A stretch of 64,000 nucleotides of DNA, taken from the NCBI GenBank assembly GCA_023436615.1, contig JAEZIO010000025.1, positions 19,493-83,492 on the forward strand, given 5' to 3'. Below, piece after piece: positions 12,616 to 21,871 of the stretch. Position 1 is the first letter of the stretch, and each line of letters starts with the position of its first letter. A program made the position numbers and the translations under genes. The notes beneath the pieces are model-generated. The model was given only the letters and a program-made list of their open reading frames with translations. It was not told the DNA's origin and made no database searches. Source of the DNA: Pseudomonadota bacterium (GTDB lineage Bacteria > Pseudomonadota > Alphaproteobacteria > Sphingomonadales > Sphingomonadaceae).

Positions 12616-12683
12616 CCGTCATTGCAGCGAAGCGAAGCAATCCAGCGGATTGCCGCGTCGCCTTCGGCTCCTCGCAATGGCGG
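12616..12683. repeat. alphaproteobacterial palindromic intergenic repeat (RPE/RIME/MITE-like)
   Basis: CCGTCATTGC...AGCGAAGCAATCC...GGATTGC...CTCGCAATGGCGG with complementary ends and internal inverted repeats. Confidence 0.75.
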
Positions 12684-13742
12684 TTAATCGGGCTGGACCT
12701 CGCCCGGGCGAACATGAAAGCGCGACGCTTCGTCGATCCCTTCGAACAAGGCTGCCTCGGTTGCCGTCATCCACACCTGCCCGCGGCCTTCGAGGCGCGC
12801 GAACAGGGCCGCGCGGCGAACGGGGTCGAGATGGGCGGCCACCTCGTCGAGGAGCAGAATCGGCGGCTGGCCGCGCCTTTCCGCCACGAGGTCGGCGTGG
12901 CCGAGGACGAGCCCGAGCAGCAGCGCCTTCTGCTCGCCCGTCGACGATTGCGCGGCTGGCATCGCCTTGGCGCGGTGCATGACGACGAGGTCCTGCCGAT
13001 GGGGGCCTGCGAGCGTGCGTCCGGCCGCGGCATCGCGTGAGCGCCCGCCGCGCAGTTCCGCGCCGAGGTCCCCGCCGCTCCAGCCCTCGAGCGACAACGA
13101 CGCGCGGGCGAACCGGTCGTCCGGAGCCTCCGCCGCTCGCTCCTCGAGCGATCGCACGGTCGTCGCTCGCGCCTCGGCGATGGCGGCGCCATGTTCCGCC
13201 ATCTGGGCCTCCAGAGCGTCGAGCCAGGCGGGATCGGCCCGCTCCGGCTCGGCGAGCAACTTGTTGCGCGACCGCATGGCCGCTTCGTATCGAGCCGCGT
13301 GACGGGCGTGGCTTGGCTCGAGCGCCAGCACCAGTCGGTCGAGGAACCGCCGGCGGTCCCCGGCGGGCCCGGTGAACAGCCGATCCATTGCGGGCGTCAC
13401 CCATAGCACCGACAGCCACTCGCCGAGCGAGTTGGCGGAGGCGGGCGCGCCGTTGATCCGGACCTGGCGCCGTTCCGGGGCCTCTGCGAGGGTTCCGGTA
13501 CCGATGTCGATGTCGCCGAGACCGGCCGCGACCGCGAAGCCGCCGTCGCTGCCGCGACGCGCCATGTCGGGCAACGCCGCCCCGCGGATCCCTCGACCCG
13601 GCGACAGCATCGACACGGCTTCGAGAAGGTTGGTCTTGCCGGCGCCGTTCTCACCGTAAAGCAGGACGAAGCCAGGACCGGCCTCGAGCAGCGCTGCGGC
13701 GTAAGAGCGGAAGTTCGTGAGGACGAGGCGGCTGACGTGCAC
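12684..13742 (-). CDS. recF: DNA replication/repair protein RecF
   Basis: [41 protein letters not shown] start. Confidence 0.95.
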   Translation of the reverse strand: MHVSRLVLTNFRSYAAALLEAGPGFVLLYGENGAGKTNLLEAVSMLSPGRGIRGAALPDMARRGSDGGFAVAAGLGDIDIGTGTLAEAPERRQVRINGAPASANSLGEWLSVLWVTPAMDRLFTGPAGDRRRFLDRLVLALEPSHARHAARYEAAMRSRNKLLAEPERADPAWLDALEAQMAEHGAAIAEARATTVRSLEERAAEAPDDRFARASLSLEGWSGGDLGAELRGGRSRDAAAGRTLAGPHRQDLVVMHRAKAMPAAQSSTGEQKALLLGLVLGHADLVAERRGQPPILLLDEVAAHLDPVRRAALFARLEGRGQVWMTATEAALFEGIDEASRFHVRPGEVQPD

Positions 13743-13758
13743 CGCGTGCCTGTAGCCG

Positions 13759-14079
13759 TTACTGATCGCGGCGGTCGATGACTTCATAATGGCTGGCGCG
13801 CTCGTCGAAGCGCTCGAGCACGGCCCGCGCGGCATCGGGAACGTGGCTGACGCTGTAATCCTCGCCTATGAAGGCCTTGATCGCCTCGAGGCTGTCGAAC
13901 CACATGAAGGTCTGGAACTCGATCTCGCTGCCCAGGTCGCGCTTCATCAGGTCGATGTGACGGAAGCTCGCGATCGCGCGCGCCTCGATGCCGGGGATCA
14001 CTTCGCCGCGAACGATGGCTTCATAAGCGTCGGCGTTGTCTGGGGTGGTCCACCCCCGCCAGACGCGGCAGATCGTCAC
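13759..14079 (-). CDS. antibiotic biosynthesis monooxygenase-like (dimeric alpha-beta barrel) protein
   Basis: GTGA overlap with dnaN stop; ICRVWRGWT...[13 protein letters not shown]...SHYEV pattern. Confidence 0.75.
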   Translation of the reverse strand: MTICRVWRGWTTPDNADAYEAIVRGEVIPGIEARAIASFRHIDLMKRDLGSEIEFQTFMWFDSLEAIKAFIGEDYSVSHVPDAARAVLERFDERASHYEVIDRRDQ

Positions 14080-15179
14080 ACGCGCATCGGCATCAGCACG
14101 TAGAGCGCGTTCGACTTGTCGTTCTCGCGAAGCAGGGTCGGTGCCGCGGCGTCGGCCAGGTGGACCTCCACCGTGTCGCCCTCGATCTCGCCGAGGATGT
14201 CGAGGAGGTAGCGGGCGTTGAAGCCGATCTCGAGCGTGTCGGCGCCGTAGTCCGCCGGAAGCTCCTCGGTCGCCGTACCGCTTTCGGGCGACGTCACCGA
14301 CAGGGTCACCTTGTCGCGGTCGACGCTCATCTTCACGGCGCGGGTCTTCTCGCTGGCGATGGTCGAGACGCGGTCCACGCCCGACGCGAAAGTCTTGGGA
14401 TCGAGCTTGAGCAGCTTGTCGTTCGCGGTCGGGATGACGCGGTTGTAATCGGGGAACGTGCCGTCGATCAGCTTGCTGGTGAGCACCGCGCTGCCGAGGC
14501 CGAAACGGACCTTGGTGGGGGACATCGAAACCTCGACAGTGCCTTCCACCTCCTCGAGCAGCTTGCGCAGCTCGGCCACGCATTTGCGCGGGACGATGAC
14601 GTCCGGCATTCCGTCGGCGCCGTCCGGCTTGGGAAGCACGACGCGAGCGAGGCGATGGCCGTCGGTCGCGGCGGCCTTCAGCTGGTCGTCGGCGAGATGG
14701 AGGAAAATCCCCATCAGATAATAGCGGGTTTCTTCGCTCGAGATTGCGAAGCGAGTCTTGTCGATGATCTGGCGGAGCGTCGCCGCGGGAAGCTCGAACC
14801 GGGTCGGAAGCTCGCCTTCGGAAATGACCGGGAAATCGTCGCGCGGAAGGGTCGACAAATGGAAGCGCGAGCGGCCGGCCGAAAGATGCATCTTGCCTTC
14901 GGCGACGTTGAGCTCGACCTGGCTCCCCTCGGGAAGCTTGCGGACGATGTCGAACAAGGTGTGCGCCGGCACCGTGGTGGCGCCGGGCTGCTCGACATTG
15001 GCCGGAACGCTCTCGTCGACCTGCAGGTCGAGGTCGGTCGCCATCAAGCGGATCGAATTGTCTTCGCCGGCCTCGATGAGGACGTTCGACAGGATCGGGA
15101 TCGTGTTGCGCCGCTCCACGACCGATTGGACGTGGCCGAGGCTCTTCAAGAGTGTCGCCCGTTCAATCGTCGCTTTCAT
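14076..15179 (-). CDS. dnaN: DNA polymerase III beta clamp
   Basis: RNTIPILSN, ATDLD, ATDGHRL, FPDY, IGFNARY, LMPMR. Confidence 0.98.
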   Translation of the reverse strand: MKATIERATLLKSLGHVQSVVERRNTIPILSNVLIEAGEDNSIRLMATDLDLQVDESVPANVEQPGATTVPAHTLFDIVRKLPEGSQVELNVAEGKMHLSAGRSRFHLSTLPRDDFPVISEGELPTRFELPAATLRQIIDKTRFAISSEETRYYLMGIFLHLADDQLKAAATDGHRLARVVLPKPDGADGMPDVIVPRKCVAELRKLLEEVEGTVEVSMSPTKVRFGLGSAVLTSKLIDGTFPDYNRVIPTANDKLLKLDPKTFASGVDRVSTIASEKTRAVKMSVDRDKVTLSVTSPESGTATEELPADYGADTLEIGFNARYLLDILGEIEGDTVEVHLADAAAPTLLRENDKSNALYVLMPMRV

Positions 15180-15276
15180 CGCGCGCCGTGCCCCCGTCGA
15201 AAAGCCTAGAAGCCAGCGTTATAGCGAGCCTTTACCGCCGTGCCAGAGGCAAGTGCGCGCGGCTCGCAGCGGCGGA

Positions 15277-15870
15277 TTACTGCGGCCGCGGGGCCGTCCC
15301 GCCCTTGGGCGGGGCGAGCACGGCATCGACATGATGGACGACGCCGTTCGAATGCTTTTCGTCGGCCTGAGTGATCGTCGCCTTGGCGCCGGCCTCATCG
15401 CTGAGCACGATCTTGCCGCCGTCCTTGGTCGCGGTGAGCGTGTCGCCGCCCATCGTCGCAAGCACGGCCTTGCCCTTCGAATTGTCGATCGCCTTCGAAA
15501 TATCGTCCGCGAGCACCACGCCAGGAAGGATATGGTAGGTGAGGATGCGCGTGATCTCGGCGCGGTTCTGCGGGTTCGCGGTGTCGTTGAGAACGTTGCC
15601 CTGGAGCTTGCCGAAGGCGTCATCCGACGGAACGAGCACGGTGTAGGGCCCGGCGCCGGCTAGGGTCGCGTCCAGCCCGACCGCCTTTGCCGCCTGGAAG
15701 AACTTGCCGTTCTGGTCGAGCGATGCGCCGATCGTCTGCCCGCCCGCGGCGTCCTTGGCCTCGTCGGTCTGGACGGGCGCCGTGCCGTTGGCGTCGTTGC
15801 GGTCTGACTTGCCGCAGCCCGTGATTGCGAGGGCGGCGAACAGGCAAAGCGGAAGCGACGGCTTGAGCAT
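15277..15870 (-). CDS. fasciclin (FAS1) domain lipoprotein
   Basis: Lipobox ITGC; GPYTVLVPSDDAF, ILTYH, SNGVVHHVDAVL. Confidence 0.88.
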   Translation of the reverse strand: MLKPSLPLCLFAALAITGCGKSDRNDANGTAPVQTDEAKDAAGGQTIGASLDQNGKFFQAAKAVGLDATLAGAGPYTVLVPSDDAFGKLQGNVLNDTANPQNRAEITRILTYHILPGVVLADDISKAIDNSKGKAVLATMGGDTLTATKDGGKIVLSDEAGAKATITQADEKHSNGVVHHVDAVLAPPKGGTAPRPQ

Positions 15871-15889
15871 GCGAAGAGTCCTCATGTGA

Positions 15890-15923
15890 AAAACAATACG
15901 GCCCCGCAACGCTTGCGGGGCCG
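15890..15923 (-). terminator. intrinsic terminator
   Basis: CGGCCCCGCAA-loop-TTGCGGGGCCG followed by TATTGTTTTT on the minus strand. Confidence 0.75.
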
Positions 15924-15944
15924 ATTGCGATCCATCGCTACGGA

Positions 15945-17279
15945 TCAGGTCAGGATTGACGCGACAAGCGCGGTCACGAGCTGCGTCGTCGGGTCCACCC
16001 GGTAGATGTTCCCGTTGGCGTAGCGGTACCACGCGTCGGACGTGTCGTAATATTGCGAACGATAGTCGTACGGCACGTTGTACGCGCTGTAGCCCATCGG
16101 CAGCGCCTGGCCGATATTGAGGCCCGGGGCGAGCAGCGCCGCAACGCCCGTGATCAGGCTCGTCGTCGGGTCGACCTGGTAGATCGCGCCCGGCGCGTAG
16201 CGGTAATAAGCGTCCGACGTATCGTAATAGAGCGGCCGGTACTCATAAGGCACATTGTAGGCCGAATAGGTCGCCGGAAGCATCTGGCCGTAGCCGTAGC
16301 CGTAGCCGAGCATCGGATCGACGTCCTGGATCAGGCCGGTGAACGGATCGACCTGGTACATGTAGCCGTCCGCATAGCGGTACGAGCTGTACGGCGTGTC
16401 CGGATAGAAGGGCTGGAACGCCGTCGGCATGCCGAAGCCCGAATAAGCGGTCGGGAACGGCTGGCCGACTCCATAGCCGAGGCCGAACAGCGGCAGCAGC
16501 GAATTGACGAGCTGCGACTGGCGGTCGACGCGATAGAGATAGCCGTCGCCGTAGCGATAATAATAATCGTCGGTGTCCGGATAGATGCTCCGCAGGCGAA
16601 CCGGCAGCTCGCTCAGCGCGGCGGCCCGCGCGAGGCTGTCGACGCGCTGGCCGACGAACTTGCGCGCCTGGCCCGGAGGCATGCAGGCGACGGGCTTCTT
16701 GGCGAGGCCCGGCGGGCAGCCGCCAACGCCGAAGCCGAGCGCATTCGCCGCGATCACGTCGTCGCGATCGAAATCGCGGTCGCGGAAAGCGTTGCGGTTC
16801 TCCGCGATTCGCTCGAGACGGTCGGAGCGGCGCTCCGACAGGCGTTCGATCTGCTTCTCGCGACGCTCCCGCGCCTTCTCGGCGAACTTCTCCTGGCGCT
16901 CGAATGCCTTTTCGCGAGCCTTCGAACGCTGCTCGGCGAATTTCTCCAGCCGCTCGTTGCGGCGCTCGAACGCCTTCTCGCGGCCCTTCGACCGCTGCTC
17001 GGCCATCTTTTCGATCTGCTTGTTGCGGCGTTCGAACGCCTTGTCGCGGCCATTGCCGCGCTGCTCAACAAAATCCCTGCGCGCTTCTCCGCCGCGGTCG
17101 AAGGCCTTGCCGCCGCCATTGCCGCGTTCGAAAGCCTTTCCGCCGCCGCGCTCGTGCTGCGCGGCCCCGTGGCCGTTGCCGCCACCGTTGCCGTTGCCGT
17201 TGCCGTTGCCGGGCTTGGAAAGCGCCGGCGCCGTGATTGCCAGCGCGGCGACGCCTGCGGCCAGCATAAACCTAGTCAT
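15945..17279 (-). CDS. secreted repeat protein with CPPGLAKK motif and four Tyr-rich RcnB-like repeats
   Basis: Signal peptide, (GN)n, KAFER charged repeats, GCPPGLAKK...CMPPGQA, 4x YRYxxGxxYxVD. Confidence 0.8.
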   Translation of the reverse strand: MTRFMLAAGVAALAITAPALSKPGNGNGNGNGGGNGHGAAQHERGGGKAFERGNGGGKAFDRGGEARRDFVEQRGNGRDKAFERRNKQIEKMAEQRSKGREKAFERRNERLEKFAEQRSKAREKAFERQEKFAEKARERREKQIERLSERRSDRLERIAENRNAFRDRDFDRDDVIAANALGFGVGGCPPGLAKKPVACMPPGQARKFVGQRVDSLARAAALSELPVRLRSIYPDTDDYYYRYGDGYLYRVDRQSQLVNSLLPLFGLGYGVGQPFPTAYSGFGMPTAFQPFYPDTPYSSYRYADGYMYQVDPFTGLIQDVDPMLGYGYGYGQMLPATYSAYNVPYEYRPLYYDTSDAYYRYAPGAIYQVDPTTSLITGVAALLAPGLNIGQALPMGYSAYNVPYDYRSQYYDTSDAWYRYANGNIYRVDPTTQLVTALVASILT

Positions 17280-17310
17280 GACGATACTCCCAGTTCGTTT
17301 CGGGGGAACC

Positions 17311-17336
17311 AACGAAGCGGCCCAATGCCGCGTTCC
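17311..17336 (-). promoter_or_regulatory. EcfG/sigmaT (general stress) promoter
   Basis: Minus strand GGAAC-N17-CGTT upstream of the ATG at 17279. Confidence 0.75.
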
Positions 17337-17410
17337 GAGAGCGCAGCGCGCTTCACCGGCTATCGCCGACAATCTATCGCACTAGAATGAATGGCGGATT
17401 TCCGCCGCGT

Positions 17411-18682
17411 TCAGGCTGAGGCCGAGTCCTCGACCCAGTCTTGGCGCAGGCGTTTGACCGCAAGGAACATCAGCGCTGCCGCCAAAAGGTAGAAGCCAAC
17501 GACAGTAACGGCGGCATAGCGCAGCGCCTCGGTTCCGAAGGTTCCCTTGAACAGTTCCGACAAGGCGCCGATCAGGGTCGGGCCGACGCCAAGGCCGATG
17601 AGATTGTTGATCAGCAGGAAGCTCGCGGATGCGGTGGAACGCATCGGCTGCGGGACGAGATGCTGGATCGCGGTCGTCACGGGGCCGAGCCACAGGATGT
17701 TGAGCGCGTTCGGGAGCAGCAACAGCACCCATGCAAGCGGCAGGTTCGGCGCAAGCAGCCCGGCGACGAACATCGGCGCCGTGACGAGCCACGCGACCGC
17801 CGGCAGCTTCGCGTACCAGGACCGTTCGGTCTGGCCGAGCCGGTCGGCAAGCCAGCCGCCGGCGAAAACGCCCGCAGTCCCGCCGATGAGGAAAATCGAG
17901 GCGAGGAACTGACCGCGGCCAATAAGGTCGAGCCCGAAGCTCCGTTCCAGAACGGACGGGGTCCACAGCGCGAGGCCATAGCCGGCGAGGGAGCTGCAAG
18001 AGGCAGCCGACGCCATCAGCCAGAAGGTCGGCTTCGACGCGACCATCGAGAAAGTCTGCATCAGCTGGCCGGTCGCCAGCGGCTGCCTCGAGCGCGGCAG
18101 GTCTCGCACGAACAGGAGCATGACGGGCGCCAGGAGAATGCCTGCAACGCCCATTGCGAGGAAGGCGGCCCGCCAGTTCACCCACGCGGCGAGATACGCG
18201 CCGATCAGCGTGCCGGCCGCAAGGCCGAGCGGGATCCCGAGGGAAAAGATCGCAAGCGCCCGCGCCCGGCGCTCAGGCGGGAAATAATCGGCGATGAGCG
18301 CATAGGACGGCGCGACTCCGCCGGCTTCGCCGACGCCCACGCCCAGCCGGTAGAGAAACAGCTGCCCGAAGCTGGTCGCGGTTCCACACAGCGCCGTGAA
18401 CGCGCTCCACACCGCAAGCGAGCCGGCGATGACGCGGCTCCGGCTCGTCCGGTCGGCGAGCATCGCCAGCGGGATTCCGAGCACCGAGTAGAGGATGGCG
18501 AAAGCGAGGCCGCCGATGGCGCCGAATTCGGCGTCGGTCAGCTTCAGGTCGGCGATGATCGGGCCGGCCAGGATCCCGAGGATCTGGCGATCGAGGAAGT
18601 TGAAGATGTAGGCAAGCAGGAGCAGCGACAGGAGGACGCGGGCATGGGACCCGCGCCCTCCTGAAGCCGAGACGCTGCTCAG
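17411..18682 (-). CDS. MFS transporter (spinster-like), probable CTG start
   Basis: AYIFNFLDRQILG TM1, LADRTSR, GVGVGEAG, IADYFPPERR; frame open past 18484 up to a CTGA overlap with the receptor stop. Confidence 0.88.
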   Translation of the reverse strand: MSSVSASGGRGSHARVLLSLLLLAYIFNFLDRQILGILAGPIIADLKLTDAEFGAIGGLAFAILYSVLGIPLAMLADRTSRSRVIAGSLAVWSAFTALCGTATSFGQLFLYRLGVGVGEAGGVAPSYALIADYFPPERRARALAIFSLGIPLGLAAGTLIGAYLAAWVNWRAAFLAMGVAGILLAPVMLLFVRDLPRSRQPLATGQLMQTFSMVASKPTFWLMASAASCSSLAGYGLALWTPSVLERSFGLDLIGRGQFLASIFLIGGTAGVFAGGWLADRLGQTERSWYAKLPAVAWLVTAPMFVAGLLAPNLPLAWVLLLLPNALNILWLGPVTTAIQHLVPQPMRSTASASFLLINNLIGLGVGPTLIGALSELFKGTFGTEALRYAAVTVVGFYLLAAALMFLAVKRLRQDWVEDSASA

Positions 18683-21114
18683 AAGTTCAGCCCAAGCGAC
18701 AGGAAGACCTGCCGCGGGTTGCCGTAGAAGGCCGTCAGAACGCCTTCGGTGCCGAGCGAGGAACTGATCCCCGGCTGCCCGTTCGCAAGGACGAACGCGC
18801 CCGTCAGCGGGTTCTGCCGAAGGAAGTTGTACCCGGACGTGATGTACTTCTTGTCGGTCAAGTTCTTCCCGTGGAGGCCGATCTCATAGCGGCCGCCAGC
18901 CGACCGCCACACCAGGTTCGCATCGAGCAAAGCAAAGCCCTTCTGGTCGACGCCGGGGATCGCAAGCTCGAACTGCTGACTCTTGCTACGATAGGATAGC
19001 GTCGTGTTCGCGTCGAGCCGTCCGCCCCACGCCGGCGTGTTGTAATCGAGCGACCCGCTGGCGGTCCATTTGGGCGTGTTCTGGATCTTCCGGAAATCGG
19101 CGACGTCGACCGGGCCCGTTCCCGGGATGTTGGTGATGAACTCGCGGTACTTCGCGTCGAGATAGCCGAGCGTGCCCGCGAAAATCAGCCGGTCGCCCGC
19201 GGCCGCCATGTCCTCGGCGATTCGAAGGTTCGATTCGATCTCGAGGCCGCGGAACCGTGCCTTGCCGGCGTTCGTGGTGACACCGGCGAACGTCGGAACA
19301 CCGTTGACCACCGCCCCGACCGAGCCGGGGACCTGCACGTCCTTGTAGTCGGCGTTGAAGACGGCCGTCGCCAGCTGCAGCCGGCCCAGCGAAGCTTTCC
19401 AGCCGAACTCAAGGCTGTCGACCTTCTCGGGATCGAAGGCCATGAAATCGTAGATTTCTTCAGGATCGCGGATGCCGTTCCCGTTGATGTCGGGGCTGGC
19501 GCTGGTGAGGCCGCGCGGATCGAATCCGCCGCCTTTGAACCCGCGCGCGTAGCTCAGGTAGAGGTTGTGGTTGCGGTTCGGCTTGAAGCTGACCGATGCG
19601 CGCGGCGTGAACGCGGTGTCCTTGCGCTTGCCGTTGAAGTTCGACGTCGCGGCGCCGAATTGAACGCCCGTCGCATCGAAGGGCGGGGATCCGCCAAGCT
19701 CGGGCGAGCCGCCGAGCAGCGTGTTGGCGCGGAAGACCGTCGCGTGGCGCTTGTCGTTCGTATAACGCGCGCCCAGCGACACGCTCCACTGCGGGGTAAT
19801 GTCGTAGGTGAAATCGCCGAAGACTGCCCAAGTCTTGGTGTCGACATCGCCGCGGGTAACCGCGGTCAGCCCTGACCAGGGTCCAAAGAGGGGCGGCCCC
19901 GCCGGGATCGCGGCGCCGGTCGTGTAGAGCCGGACGTCGAATACATTGAATGCGTTGGCGTCGAGGTAATAGATACCGACCACACCGGCGAGCGGGCCGC
20001 GGTCGACCACAGCCTGGAATTCCTGGCTGAATTGCCTGTTCTTGTAGATGGCCGGAACGTCGACATCGACCGCCGGGAGCGCGTCAAAGTCGATCGGCGT
20101 GTCGCTGCGATCCTTGCGGTAGGCGGTGATCGAGCGGAACTTGAGCCAGTCGTTCGCGCCGACTTCGCCGTGAAGCGCGACTCCGCCGCCCTTCACCTTC
20201 TGCTTCGGGTCGACGAGGCCGCCGCGCGTGTCGAAGACGTCGTCGAGCACCGGCGCCCCGCTGACGAGGCCGGGAATCAGCCTGTGACCGCCGCGCGGAT
20301 TGCTGTTGTCCCAGGTGTAGTCGCCGGAGAGGCGGAACCAGGTGTCGGGCGAGAGATCCAGTTCCAGGGTGCCGCGGGTCGCCCAGATATCCTTGTTGTA
20401 GTTTTCCTGGCCCGTCGTGAGATTCTTGCCGAAGCCGCCGCGGCTCAACCGTGCGACCGACGCGCCGGCCTTGAGCGCTCCTGCGATGGGCGTCGACCCG
20501 CTGACGATGAGGTCCGCCTGCTCGTAAGTGCCCAGGTTCGCGCGAATCCGCAGCTCCGGATCGTCCGACAGCCTGCGCGTCACATATTTGATCGCCCCGC
20601 CGATCGTGTTGCGGCCGTAGAGCGTGCCCTGCGGGCCGCGCAGGACCTCGATCCGCTCGACGTCATAGACGTCCAGCACAGCCGCCTGCGGGCGGTTCAA
20701 ATAAACGTCGTCGAGATAGATCCCGACACCCTGCTCGAAGCCCGCGACCGGGTCCTGCTGCCCGACGCCCCGGATGAAAGCGGTCAGCGTGGTGTTGGTG
20801 CCGCGCGATGTCTCGAATGTAACGTTGGGGGTAGTGTCGCCAATGTCGGTGATGTCGATCGCGCCCTGGCGGGCGAGTTGCTCGCCCGAATAGGCCGTCA
20901 CGGCGATGGGAACCTCGAGCAGGAGCTCGTTGCGGCGGCGTGCGGTGACGACGATGTCGCTGTCGCTAGCCTGCGCTGCCTCGGCCTGCGTTTCCTGGTT
21001 CGCAGGAATTTCCGGATTCGTCGCGGGGTTCTCCTGCGCCAGGGCAGGAGCGGCATGGAATGCGACTGCTGCAACCGACGCGAGCAGTGCGATACGGGCG
21101 GAATTGGTGCGCAT
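18679..21114 (-). CDS. TonB-dependent receptor
   Basis: Signal peptide; DIVVTARRR TonB box, ERIEVLRGPQGTLYGRN plug motif, KNLTDKKY, C-terminal Phe. Confidence 0.95.
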   Translation of the reverse strand: MRTNSARIALLASVAAVAFHAAPALAQENPATNPEIPANQETQAEAAQASDSDIVVTARRRNELLLEVPIAVTAYSGEQLARQGAIDITDIGDTTPNVTFETSRGTNTTLTAFIRGVGQQDPVAGFEQGVGIYLDDVYLNRPQAAVLDVYDVERIEVLRGPQGTLYGRNTIGGAIKYVTRRLSDDPELRIRANLGTYEQADLIVSGSTPIAGALKAGASVARLSRGGFGKNLTTGQENYNKDIWATRGTLELDLSPDTWFRLSGDYTWDNSNPRGGHRLIPGLVSGAPVLDDVFDTRGGLVDPKQKVKGGGVALHGEVGANDWLKFRSITAYRKDRSDTPIDFDALPAVDVDVPAIYKNRQFSQEFQAVVDRGPLAGVVGIYYLDANAFNVFDVRLYTTGAAIPAGPPLFGPWSGLTAVTRGDVDTKTWAVFGDFTYDITPQWSVSLGARYTNDKRHATVFRANTLLGGSPELGGSPPFDATGVQFGAATSNFNGKRKDTAFTPRASVSFKPNRNHNLYLSYARGFKGGGFDPRGLTSASPDINGNGIRDPEEIYDFMAFDPEKVDSLEFGWKASLGRLQLATAVFNADYKDVQVPGSVGAVVNGVPTFAGVTTNAGKARFRGLEIESNLRIAEDMAAAGDRLIFAGTLGYLDAKYREFITNIPGTGPVDVADFRKIQNTPKWTASGSLDYNTPAWGGRLDANTTLSYRSKSQQFELAIPGVDQKGFALLDANLVWRSAGGRYEIGLHGKNLTDKKYITSGYNFLRQNPLTGAFVLANGQPGISSSLGTEGVLTAFYGNPRQVFLSLGLNF

Positions 21115-21176
21115 TTCTTGAAGTCCCCCTCCAGGCGCAATCGAACGGATTGCGTGAAATGATGATCGAGCTATAC

Positions 21177-21197
21177 TGAAAGGTGAACCGGCTTTCA
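21177..21197. promoter_or_regulatory. candidate TetR operator
   Basis: TGAAAG-N9-CTTTCA inverted repeat between the divergent receptor and tetR genes. Confidence 0.55.
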
Positions 21198-21232
21198 ACT
21201 TGCTAATCGCGCCGCCGGCTCGGGGGGTACGG

Positions 21233-21871
21233 ATGGATACGACGAGCGCAGGCGCCGGCGAAGCAAGCTTCGCGAGCGAGGGCAAGGCGCCGCGGACGGC
21301 AAGGGGCGAGCGCACGCTGCGCAAGATCCTCGACGCCGCGCTCGACGAGTTCGGTGAACGAGGCTTCTCCGAAGGCTCGATCGTCGGAATCACGCAGCGG
21401 GCCAACGTCGCGCTCGGCACCTTCTACACCTACTTCGACAGCAAGGAGGCGGTGTTCAAAGCCCTGGTCAGCGACATGTCCGCGCGCGTGCGCGACCACG
21501 TCGCACCCGTGCTGAAGGAAGCGCACGACACGCTGGACGGGGAAGGCCGTGCACTCGAATCCTACCTCGAGTTCGCGCGGTCCCACAAACATGTCTACCG
21601 GATCATCGACGAAGCCGAGTTCGCCGACCCCGACGGATTCGCGAAGCACTACCGGACGACCGCCGCCCGCATCGCCGCGCGGCTCGACGACGGCAAAGCC
21701 AAGGGCGAGGTTGTCACGAGCGAATCGCGCCTGGCGAGCGAAGTGGAGGCCTGGGCGATCATGGGCATGAACGTTTTCCTCGGGCTTCGCTTCGCGGTCT
21801 GGGGCCGCGAGAGACCCAAGGATGTCGCGCGCCTGGCCAATCGGTTGATTCGGCGCGGCCTCGAGCGCTAG
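21233..21871 (+). CDS. TetR/AcrR family regulator
   Basis: KILDAA...F...GF...ITQRANVALGTFYTYFDSKE HTH. Confidence 0.92.
   Translation: MDTTSAGAGEASFASEGKAPRTARGERTLRKILDAALDEFGERGFSEGSIVGITQRANVALGTFYTYFDSKEAVFKALVSDMSARVRDHVAPVLKEAHDTLDGEGRALESYLEFARSHKHVYRIIDEAEFADPDGFAKHYRTTAARIAARLDDGKAKGEVVTSESRLASEVEAWAIMGMNVFLGLRFAVWGRERPKDVARLANRLIRRGLER

Noticed and set aside
10884..15276. Replication origin near dnaN/gyrB
   Set aside because: No dnaA, no cluster of DnaA boxes and no extended AT-rich unwinding element.
15960..17220. Repeated DNA motifs resembling a CRISPR or other array
   Set aside because: The repeats are degenerate, in-frame protein repeats. There is no identical repeat/unique spacer pattern and no cas genes.
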